Of a stretch of 64,000 nucleotides of DNA, positions 11,330 to 21,031 are shown piece after piece. Within the stretch, counting starts at the first letter, position 1; every line of letters begins with the position of its first letter. Below the pieces are notes generated by a model. The model ran no database searches and was not told the DNA's origin. It worked only from the letters and a program-made list of their open reading frames with translations. Source of the stretch: Macrostomum hystrix. Taxonomy: Eukaryota; Animalia; Platyhelminthes. The position numbers and the translations under genes were made by a program. The stretch covers positions 1,426,001-1,490,000 of the forward strand of contig CATNEN010000026.1 in assembly GCA_950097015.1 (NCBI GenBank). Direction: 5' to 3'.

Positions 11330-13469
11330 GGTTGATTCGGGTCTGAGCTGTCTTTTGATGAGGCGGCGATTCATTTCTGGTCGTCGGATTGTTGTGTGAC
11401 ACCCAGAGGTTGTCAGTGGCACAATGGGCTAATTTTGGCGTTAGGGTTAGCGGCGGAGCGCTAACACGTCTAAATCTTGCCCCACATGCAGTCCTGGGTT
11501 CGAATCCGCACCGCACACACACACACGCACACACACGCACACAGAGTTAACAGTAGAACTACCAGGGGGTGGGGAATTCTCCCAACCTGACAATTTTTTG
11601 TGCTGCACCCGAACGGAGCAATACAAGCACACGAAACTCAAGAACACGGGCCAATTTTTTGTTGCGTATCTTCTGAAACAATAATCAAGTCGCCAGCTCT
11701 TCAGTCCTTCGAGATATTCAATGGTTCTGGCCGAAGGTCAGATAGGCGCTAGTGTATTTCACACACCACTATACACTAATTTGCACTGCGCCTCAGTGCG
11801 GCCTTGCCAGGCCTTCAAACTTTATCAGCATGTCACCCGAATGTGCCTGCATTATCTCCGTCTTCGGTTGTCACCTACCTTTATCTAGACGGACTGCGGG
11901 ACCTTCGAATGCAAAAAATGTGGAATTAGGCCACTCTGGACAACCTGACGCGAATTTCTAAAATTTCACTGCTGAAGCCTAAATATTAGGCGCAGCTCAA
12001 CTACAGTACACCATCGCCTGGTCTGTCAACCAATCAGTCATCGGTCCAATCAGAACCGATTTCAGGTCCGCTTCTCAAACCAAAAATACCCTCGGCGGTC
12101 GATTTTGAGTTATAAATTTTTCAAACGACACCTTTTTCCGAGGTAGAACGTTTCAATGTGCTTGGAATTATATGTCATTCTAGTAATTTGTACTTGAAAA
12201 GAGTTAGTAAATCACAGAAAGCTTCGTGTTTGCATTAATGCTCGTACTTAGTTTATAGCTTGGTGAGTATATATCTATACCTTACCTTATATCTAAGTCT
12301 ATACCTTTTTGCATAGCATTGCTTTGCCAGAAATACTCGTGCTTCCATAGTTTCCTTCTGGAGAGTTAAAACTGTACGATCGATGATTAATGGAAATCAG
12401 AGCTCGGCGTTCTCAGACAATTTTATATATCTGTGATTAATATTTTTTTTCACGGCTGGGACTCGATGTTGGTGAGTCTCACCGTCCCCGGCGCCACCCG
12501 GCAGAGCCGCTGGGGCAAGGGCCGGCAGTTCTGCATTGCCAGCAGCTCGATGGAGGCGTCCACGCCGATTGCGTTCCCGACGACGCTCGATGCGACACCG
12601 AAGGCTTCGCTGTCCTCGCCGACTCCCTGTCCAGCTGCAGTTAGCAGCCGCAGCACAGGCAACAGCAGGGCGCGGCTCACCGTCCTTATCTGGACGAGCC
12701 TGGTGACCAGTATCGCCCGGCATATTTGCACCGGAGCGCGTTTTACTGAGACGGCCTTCCGACCTGCTGAGACAGCGGCGCCTGCGGCTGGCTGGGCACG
12801 TGATCAGGGCTGAAGCCGACTGCCCTGAGCCGCTGCAGGATGTGCTTCTAGTGGACTCTGCAGGGACCGCGCAGGCGCGGACAGGGACGATCGGCCTGCT
12901 CTTCTCCGACGCGCGCGCCACCGAGCCAGGCTGACGGAGTAAAGCAACTGGCCCTTAGGCGCGCGTTTTGAAGCTTCCCCCTTTTTCAGACCACTGCGTG
13001 GTCGGCGAGTTGCGTTTATTATTAAAATTTGACAGTATATGACAGCTAGTGGGTTCCGGGTTCGAAACATTGGATAGATATTTTTTCACGGCAGATATCT
13101 CTGTTGAAACTGTAGTAGAAATTGCTGAGCTTTGCAGAATTTCGCATCCTCTGTCTCCAGTGTCCTAGGAAATCTCACTGAAAGTTTTCCCTGTGAATTT
13201 TAACTGACTTTGTCTTTGAGCTCAAAGAACAGTTTCGCAATATACAACAATACTCTTTCTTGTTGCTATGCCTACTTCGCTGCATTCGAGATTGAGGCCC
13301 GCGTGTGGTCCTTCTACCATGGATGCCTTGGAGCGAGCGGTTCGGGCCTTCTAGACAATAAAGGGGCCTGAGACAACGTGTTGTTTGAAGCATTCTGCAG
13401 AACTCTTGAGGCCAGGACGACGCTGCCTCACCCGGTCAGCTGGATCATGTACCGGATCCGGAATCACTG

Positions 13470-13720
13470 TATCGCGGCCCACGCGGACATTTCTACACGC
13501 TAACATTAAATCTACCTTCGGTGTCCGGTGAGCTCATCCGCAAGCTGAGTGTTCGACAATGGTCCGGTGTTCGTCGGCCAGGACTTCATCGGCTTTTGCA
13601 AGTCCAACTGGATCCGGTGCACAAAGAGCAGTCCGTACTACGCCAAGTCAAATGGGCTGGTCGAGCGGCTGACGAAGTCATTCAAGACTGCGATGGAGGC
13701 GTCTCGGAGCAGCCAGTCCG
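13470..13720 (+). mobile_element. Gypsy/Ty3 integrase fragment
   Basis: FDNGPVFVGQDFIGFCKSNWIRCTKSSPYYAKSNGLVERLTKSFKTAM matches the integrase core (second Asp through the catalytic Glu region). Confidence 0.75.
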
Positions 13721-14234
13721 CATGCGACGACCGACCGGACTCCGGCCGAGCTTTTCCTGAAACGCCCGCAGCGGACCAGGGATGGATCTGCTGCGACCGT
13801 CGGCACGCGACAGGGTTTTGGGGGCGCAAGCGCCACAGAATGCCCTTGTCCCTCCACTGCCCTCCGCAAATCCACGCTGGGAATTAACCGCAGGGACATC
13901 AGGACCCGCGCCGTCCCTCGGAGAAGCCGCGCTGTGAACAGATGGCGAGCTGTTCAGTCATGAAATACAACGGATTTGGGCTGGCTTTGAGTAGAAATCC
14001 GGTTTAAGCCGTTTTGACTTAAACCCAAATGACCAGAGGTACATACATACGATGGTAGTCGGGCTTTCGACCGACTCCAAAACCACCCTTGACTCGAAGA
14101 ACTAGCTCATGAGAAGCTAGGGAGAGATGCCACGAAAGAGATGGATCAGTACCCGGAACCGTCGGGCGCAATGGCAGCAGTCTCCTCTCCTTTGCATCAC
14201 CAATCAGGACATCAGCTTCGATACCGCCAACTTA

Positions 14235-14440
14235 TTGACGAGATGTACACGCCTGTGTGAGCGTGTGCCTGTGTACAGAATATGTACTGCATAGTACCTG
14301 TGTGTGTGCTCAGCAGGAGTCAGCGAAATGGACAGAATTGTCTCCTTGCTGGCGGTGTGTCTAGTGTGACCGAATGATGTACCAGTGCACACAATTAGTT
14401 AATCATCTTAATCTAAATCTTAATCTTAATCTAATCTAAA
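14235..14440 (+). mobile_element. SINE family A, 3' fragment with AT-rich tail
   Basis: GTGTGCCTGTGTACAG...GGAGTCAGCGAAATGGACAGAATTG matches the SINE A 3' half; followed by a TTAATCT-type tail. Confidence 0.65.
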
Positions 14441-14702
14441 CAATGACACGTTAAAATGACATTTTGATCTAGTTCATATCGATTTAAAATAGGATTTGTA
14501 CTTGCTACAGTGTATTTAAATTCTTAAATCAGCGATAAGTAAAATAGGAAGCTACTTAAAACTTCGTAACAGTGGCCTGAATTTTCGCAAGTCATGGAAG
14601 TCCTTATAGATCACACTGACCGAGCTCTGCAAAGAAACTGATTGAGGTCGGGAATAGACGATCTTGTAACAAACTGTAGCGATTGAAGTTCTATCCGCAA
14701 CT

Positions 14703-14921
14703 TCACAGGTATTGTCCTATAGGCATTCTGCGAAAGCGATATCCAGCAAGGCGGAAGCGCTTCTTGGCCAGGTGCTGGACAGATTCCACCAGCTCGGACT
14801 CGTCCATGTTGGACAGGGCCTCCAGGGCGGCCAGCGTGTCCGCCTCCTCCGCCTGCTGGCTGGGCCTGGCGGCGGCCAGGACGGCGCACAGCAGGAGTCC
14901 GAGAGCGAGCTGCCACTTCAT
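14703..14921 (-). CDS. Secreted cationic peptide precursor, copy 3 (72 aa; different mature peptide)
   Basis: Same signal peptide and propiece as the paralogs, then KK followed by RFRLAGYRFRRMPIGQYL. Start assigned to the MKWQ ATG shared by all copies. Confidence 0.75.
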   Translation of the reverse strand: MKWQLALGLLLCAVLAAARPSQQAEEADTLAALEALSNMDESELVESVQHLAKKRFRLAGYRFRRMPIGQYL

Positions 14922-14981
14922 GTTTGAGTCGGGTCTGAGCTGTCTCTTAATGAGACTGAGAGTCTGCGAATGAGGCTCCAA

Positions 14982-15012
14982 ATTTATATTCGCTTACTTA
15001 GCACGTGTTTCC
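14982..15012 (-). promoter_or_regulatory. Promoter module of peptide copy 3 (TATAAAT plus GGAAACACGTG)
   Basis: TATAAAT at 14982-14988 and CACGTG at 15002-15007 on the coding strand. Confidence 0.6.
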
Positions 15013-16090
15013 GTGTTTGAGTAGCACATGCCTCAAGAGCAGAGCACATTATCATTGTTTGAGTTCAGCAAACAAATTTCAGTGTTTCAAGTATTTGCAC
15101 AGTTCAATTTATCATTACTCATTCGCAACAGTGGCTAAATTGAATCGTTTTGCATTAAAAATCCATGTTTAATTCTGGATTCACCTACTAGTAGTAGTAT
15201 GCGGTCCCAGTCGAAACAAAAATCTAACGTGGCAGGGACTCCGATGCTACGCCTCTCACCTTGTTTAGGATGCTCTAGTTAGTGCTGAGAAATAAGGACT
15301 ATCGTAGAAGCTAGGATCTCTGCACAGGCATTGAACATTATAGGAGCATTATATTATGGTTACCGCTCACCAGTCCATATCTGTATCCGTTTCTTTTGAA
15401 AGCGTTTTTTGTCCGTTTATTTCCGGTTCTGTGTCCACTATTTAGTACATTACGTCCGGTCTTAAAAAAAGGATACAAGCGTTACAATTTTGTCCGTTTC
15501 TTAAGCACTAAAAAACCCAATCCGGACACATTTCCGGAGTAAATTTCCGCTATTTCCGAATAACCGAATTGTTGCCCCTACGAAATGGACAAAAACACAT
15601 GCATTTTCCCAGGGTATAGGTAGTGGAGTCGGACTTAACCAGAGGATGCAGCTGGGCGTTGTGATGACCTTTCTTGACACTTCAGAGCCTATTTGTCATG
15701 ATAACAATGGGCCACATAGAGTCGCCATGTCAATAAGTCGAACATATCATATCAGGAAACCAAAGGATGCCCGGACTAAATATGTGATCACGTAGGTTTT
15801 CAAGTAAATATGAAGTCACTTATATTTTTCAGGAACTGGACATATAGTCTGGTGAGCAAGCTTGGAACTAAACTTGTGTAGACATATCAGCGCACTTTAC
15901 CGTGAGTGAGGAATCGTTCAAAGATTGTGTAAGTGTTTAAGGTTTTCAAGCGTACCAGTGACCTCATCTCATATTTGGAATGGAATCGCATTGATGCCAT
16001 GCAAAAATATAATAACAATTTTTCTATGCGCAATTCATATCACTATTGTTGCTTTATTCAGTCTAGTTAAAATGTATGATTCACTTAAGG

Positions 16091-16525
16091 CAGCGGTAGG
16101 CAAACTTATTTGCCGGCGGGCCAAAGAGAGAACCTAAAAGACGACAGCGGGCCGCATCGACTGTATAAATATGAGATAGGGGAGAGATGAGACACGGGAG
16201 AGATTAGACACGGGAGAGATGAGACACGGGAGAGATTAGACACGGGAGAGATTAGACACGGGAGAGATTAGACACGGGAGAGATGAGACACAGGAGAGAT
16301 TAGACACGGGAGAGATTAGACACGGGAGAGATTAGACACGGGAGAGATGAGACACAGGAGAGATTAGACACGGGAGAGATGAGACACAGGAGAGATTAGA
16401 CACGGGAGAGATTAGACACGAGAGAGATGAAACAGGACACTGTAGATGTCAGAAGGGGCAACGGGCCGGATTTGGGAGCTTCGAGGGCCGCATCTGGCCC
16501 GCGGGCCGGAGTTTGCCGACCCCTG
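16091..16525. mobile_element. hAT (Buster-type) MITE carrying an internal minisatellite
   Basis: TIRs CAGCGGTAGGCAAAC / GTTTGCCGACCCCTG; perfect 8-bp TSD ACTTAAGG; internal GAGAGATTAGACACGG repeats; second copy at 41152. Confidence 0.92.
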
Positions 16526-17524
16526 ACTTAAGGAAAGTTTATTATGAATAGACAGTTAAACCTTCGAAAGACCCTAGCTGAAATATTTTCTATTTTCTCG
16601 AATCTAGTTTCTTAGATTAAATAAAGCATATCTAGACAAACAAGGACTCATTTTACAGAAAATCAAGCAAGCAATTATCGAAGGGCTTTATGCTTTCATA
16701 TCTTGGGAGATACCACAGAATACACGGGAGAGATTTGTGTATTCTGTGGGAGATACATTTGTTAGATTATGTTAAATTAATTGTCTATGGTCGAAACAGT
16801 CGGAAAAATTAATGACCGGCCAGTAATCATTCTAGTGTAGCGGTTTTGTGATCGCGAGTTCGCGAGTAATTAAGAGCTAGGCTGTGGTTTTAGTATTGTT
16901 TGTTGAGTCTCGTATGAGATCAGAAAGGTTTGATTATTGCTGTATCGGGTGAAGTATGTTTATAGTGTATTTTAGTGTTTCCGGAAGTTTCTAGAAATTT
17001 TCTGTACGGTAAATTAAACAAATTTAATTAAGCTATTCATTATTAGATGCAAGCGCATGAGGAGTTTGTGTTAGATATACAATAACTTATGGTGAATAAT
17101 GCAATTATTGTACTAAAGGAATATTCTGAGAAGAATGGCGAAGTTTAATTTGTACTACATCGAAGAATTTTCTAGAAATAAATGTTTTCGTACTGTATAG
17201 AATGTTCTCGAAGGTCAATTGGATATCGTACAGAAGTTTCGCGAATTAAGGTCACTACACTAGCACAAAGGGAAATTTCGACCAATTTTGCCCATCTGTG
17301 GTAAATTGTTTCATAAAAACTTTAAAGTACATTCGAAATTTTTATGCAGAGCTCTGTATTTGTATTTTAGGATTGTATAATATATTTTTATTTCGTGGTC
17401 TGTGTGAATTTTTCAATGTACTTAGGCATACGAAGTATAAGGGCTGATAAATATTTTGTGGGAAGAGAGTTCGGTCGAATCAATTTCAGTCCAGGTCAGT
17501 TTGTCCGTTTTCCCAATTTGTTCT

Positions 17525-17755
17525 TCAGTTTGCGACGGCGCCAGCGACGTCCTTGACGTTCCTGATGATGCGGATGACCTTCCTGATGCGGATGCCCTTC
17601 TTGGCCAGGTGCACGGCTCCCTCGTCCGACAGACCCTCGATGTTGGACAGGGCCTCCAGGGCGGCCAGGGTGTCCGCCTCATCCGACTGCTGGCTGGGGC
17701 TGGCGGCGGCCAGGGCGGCGCACAGCAGGAGTCCGAGAGCGAGCTGCCACTTCAT
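17525..17755 (-). CDS. Secreted cationic peptide precursor, copy 4 (76 aa)
   Basis: Signal peptide, acidic propiece, KK, GIRIRKVIRIIRNVKDVAGAVAN; AATAAA downstream near 17387-17392. Confidence 0.87.
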   Translation of the reverse strand: MKWQLALGLLLCAALAAASPSQQSDEADTLAALEALSNIEGLSDEGAVHLAKKGIRIRKVIRIIRNVKDVAGAVAN

Positions 17756-17843
17756 GGTTGAGTCGGGTCTGAGCTGTCTCTTGATGAGGCCGAGAGTCTG
17801 CGTTTGACTGTTAGTCGTTGGATTGTCCTCATCGCCCTGCAGG

Positions 17844-17878
17844 TTTTTATAGCCGAATATTCGGCTCGTGTTTCCGGT
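17844..17878 (-). promoter_or_regulatory. Promoter module of peptide copy 4 (TATAAAAA plus ACCGGAAACACGAG)
   Basis: Canonical TATA about 90 nt upstream of the ATG; E-box variant CACGAG at the same spacing as in the paralogs. Confidence 0.6.
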
Positions 17879-18394
17879 CAGTGTTTGAGCTACTGGCAGC
17901 GTCTTGAACAGAGTACACAATGTTTCGATTTCCACAGACATTATTCTAGCTCATTTATTTGAGAGATTCTGTGCGACTTTCAGCCCAAATAAGCAAATAT
18001 TGTAAGGTAAACTTTGTGTTTGCTGAGAACTAAATTTATTGTCTGTTAACTTTACCCCAATTAGTGGAAAAGGTCAGCCGCTACAGTAGCACCGAGAAGC
18101 CTTTTTCAATTTCTATGTAGACATTTTTTCTACCTCGCAAACAAACCAGTTCAGTTCGCATGCTCGCAAGAGTCCACGAGCCTTTTCTCTAGCACATTTA
18201 TTGCATCTTGCAGCCGCATGACGAAGACTTTCTTTTGTCCTTAGGGTCCTGAAGACATGATCAGTGATTGGTTTTATTACGTGATCGGTAAACTAAAACA
18301 AGCTTAAGTGTTTTTTTCGACTTCGAATATCATCATTTAGCAGTCCAATGTTTTAGGCCTATGATCTTATTCTAAAGAAAATAATTGATCACAC

Positions 18395-18675
18395 CTGCCT
18401 CAATTGCGCCAAATGTGCAGCCGACTGCACAGCCGCAGCTATTGCGCGGCGCATCTGAAGACTGCGTACAGCTGTTCAGTCCATGGACTGAGGGCGCGAC
18501 ACCTGCACTTAATTACCCCAGCTGATGCTGGCACCCATTTAACAGTTTGGTGAACTGAAGCATTGCAGAGTTTAAGTGTCTTGCTAAAGGATACAAATTG
18601 TTCCAGTGGAGTTGGGAATCGAACCTCCGACTTTCTTTTAAGTCATGAGTCCGACGCTCTAATCACAAGGCAACA
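18395..18675 (-). mobile_element. tRNA-derived SINE with CORE(MIR)-like central domain
   Basis: tRNA-like head with GGTTCGATTCC B-box; GCAAGACACTTAAACTCTGCAATGCTTCAGTTCACCAAACTGTTAAATGGG aligns by eye to the MIR CORE consensus recalled from memory. Confidence 0.72.
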
Positions 18676-19024
18676 ACATCCTATGTTCATGTAGATACAG
18701 GGTCATTAATTTCCTGACAAACACTGTTCTTAGTTGTACATCGCTTAATATTCACGAGTAAATACTGTAGTTGCCAAATACACGCCCTGTTGTGCCTTCT
18801 CCGGGAAGTTGCTGAAAATCTATGTTTCTAGGAAACGGTAAAATAATGGATATTGTTGGTTGATAAATAGCTCCTCATGAAAGCAAGAATTATCATTACT
18901 CGGTGAGTGACATTATACATGTGCAACTAGGCTACAACCCCAATTTTTAGACTTGTGGTTAGAGCATCTGAGAATTAAGTCTGCATTGCTTGAGTTCACG
19001 CAGCTGTTAAAAGTGTACCAGCAT

Positions 19025-19130
19025 TATCAGGGGTAATTGAGGGTGGGTATGGCGCCCCTCCCCCAGTCCATGGACTGAACAGCCGTACGCAGCCTTCAGA
19101 TGCTCCACGCAGTAGCATTTGGTGCGCAGA
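19025..19130 (+). mobile_element. CORE-like SINE 3' fragment
   Basis: CAGTCCATGGACTGAACAGCCGTACGCAGCCTTCAGATG shared with the 9.3 kb and 18.5 kb copies. Confidence 0.6.
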
Positions 19131-19550
19131 GCACATTTTGAATATAGCCTTTAAAAAAGCTTAAACTTGAGTAGCACTATTCGGATTTCTACAATTTTCA
19201 ATTCAAATTTCAACCAACGAAATACTGAACTCGTGCGTTGCTTTGCGTCTTCAGATTAAAAAACTCGAAGTTAATTTAATCTTCGAAGATGATAAAATGT
19301 CAGGAAAAAAGGCAGTACGATTAGTGAATACAGATTTAACGGTATTACACAGGTCTCTTCAGTGTAACAATCATGTATTTGAAAAGAACGAGTATTTTCG
19401 GGCTTCTGTAAGATCCTTTGACTGCTAAAGTTCTCAAGGGAAATTCAATTTAATTGAGGGTGTAGACAGGTGTCATAAATATGGAGTCCAGAGAGTTCGG
19501 TGCGATCCACTTCAGGCCAGGTCAGTTAGTCCACGATCCTGATTCGCTCT

Positions 19551-19781
19551 TCAGTTGGCAATGGCGTTAGCAACGTCCTTGACGTTCCTGATGACGCGGA
19601 TGACCTTCCTGATGCGGATGCCCTTCTTGGCCAGGTGCACGGCTCCCTCGTCCGACAGACCCTCGATGTTGGACAGGGCCTCCAGGGCGGCCAGGGTGTC
19701 CGCCTCCTCCGCCTCCTGATTGGGTCTAGCGGCGGCCAGGGCGGCGCACAGCAGGAGTCCGAGAGCGAGCTGCCACTTCAT
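19551..19781 (-). CDS. Secreted cationic peptide precursor, copy 5 (76 aa)
   Basis: Signal peptide, acidic propiece (8 D/E), KK, GIRIRKVIRVIRNVKDVANAIAN. Confidence 0.87.
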   Translation of the reverse strand: MKWQLALGLLLCAALAAARPNQEAEEADTLAALEALSNIEGLSDEGAVHLAKKGIRIRKVIRVIRNVKDVANAIAN

Positions 19782-19878
19782 GTTTGAGTCGGGTCTGAGC
19801 TGTCTCTTGATGAGGCCGAGAGTCTGCGTTTGACTGTTAGTCGTTGGATTGTCCTCCTTGCACAGTCGGGACTCCGAA

Positions 19879-19911
19879 GTTATAGCCGAGTTTTTTGCAC
19901 GTGTTTCCGGT
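19879..19911 (-). promoter_or_regulatory. Promoter module of peptide copy 5 (TATAAC plus ACCGGAAACACGTG)
   Basis: CACGTG at 19898-19903, 13 nt from the TATA-like element, as in copies 3 and 4. Confidence 0.6.
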
Positions 19912-21031
19912 CAGTGTTTGATAATAGTCCCGATCGCAACGTGTGAAGAGCACACAGAGCACACTTCTCACATTTTTTCGCCTTCGTTAAGGAGTTAAAG
20001 CCTATTTCTTGAGTAGATTGACTCAGCAACAGGGCTACATTTAAATTTGTTTACCCAAGCTGAAGTGTGACAAGATTGTGCACTATTTGCTGAAGCTTTT
20101 GCACTTCGACCATATTTAAACAAAAATAATTCGTGGCATCCAGTGCAATGGCAGATGTTGAGTTTTCTGCTGATCTTTTAAACTAAAACGACTCCAATAA
20201 GTTGGTATTCGGAGATCAATATTTGTACAAAAATAAATAATAATGGTAAAAGCGAGATTGATATTGAAGATGTTGATGCAAATTTCAACTTTCAGTGTCT
20301 ATGAACAACAAACGGTAAGCGGCCATCACAAAACACATAAAAATGTATTTTTAGTTTGCTACGGCGACAACTCACACTTCGAAGAAATTGCAAAACCTTT
20401 TTAAGTACGGTTACATTAGGACAAGACAGCTTGTCAGAAATGCTGAATACTGAGCTGCTGCTAAGCCGAGTTTACAAAAATACCTGCATAATTGGTCTCA
20501 TCTAATCTACGCTCGTATTAGCAACATTTAGTGCCTTGCAAATCCACTTTTTTCCTAGCGTAATTAGCGGCCTACGACAATCTACGAGTATTAGGAGATT
20601 AAATTGTCAAGGGCCGAACCTTCTTAAAGTACACACTCAACTACACAATCGACAAAATCATGGGGTACATAGAATTTCTCAGAATCTGCAGCTTAATTAA
20701 GAGATGAGTATAGACGACAAAGGCACAGTTGAGCCTTCTTTCTACTCAGCTAAAAGAGGTCGATGGATTTTGATATTCTACACAAATGAAGATGAAAATT
20801 TGAGTCATTATTGTCAGCAGGGTATGATTGGAAATAAACAGAATAACCAAACAAATGAGGGGCAAAGTTAACAAAAAGTTCAACAAATCATCAAAGTAAC
20901 CAAATATTTGCATCCTTAATTGAGCAGCTGGTCAACAGGCTCAAACTGATAAAATAGAAAACTCAAGAAGCAAAAGCAACGTTTTCTCGTTGGAAAGAAG
21001 CGGTAGAAAATCAAGCAAATTTGCAGGTAAC

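Noticed and set aside
11440-11520. tRNA gene (GGTTCGAATCC B-box); likewise the heads at 21504, 58393 and 18600
   Set aside because: No complete cloverleaf or acceptor stem; they continue into repeat bodies or CA tracts, so they are SINE heads.
11568-11583. NF-kB-like site GGGGAATTCTCCC near the peptide pseudogene
   Set aside because: Imperfect match, single occurrence, and absent from the intact paralogs.
14724-14759. GYRF in peptide copy 3 as a flatworm YIRFamide-like neuropeptide
   Set aside because: No Gly amide donor follows RF, there is only one copy, and the paralogs lack it.
17756-17941. N-terminal extensions of peptide ORFs (17941 and 14981 starts)
   Set aside because: All copies share the MKWQ start with a signal peptide. 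The 17941 start lies upstream of the TATA box, and the 14981 start is a non-ATG codon directly next to it.
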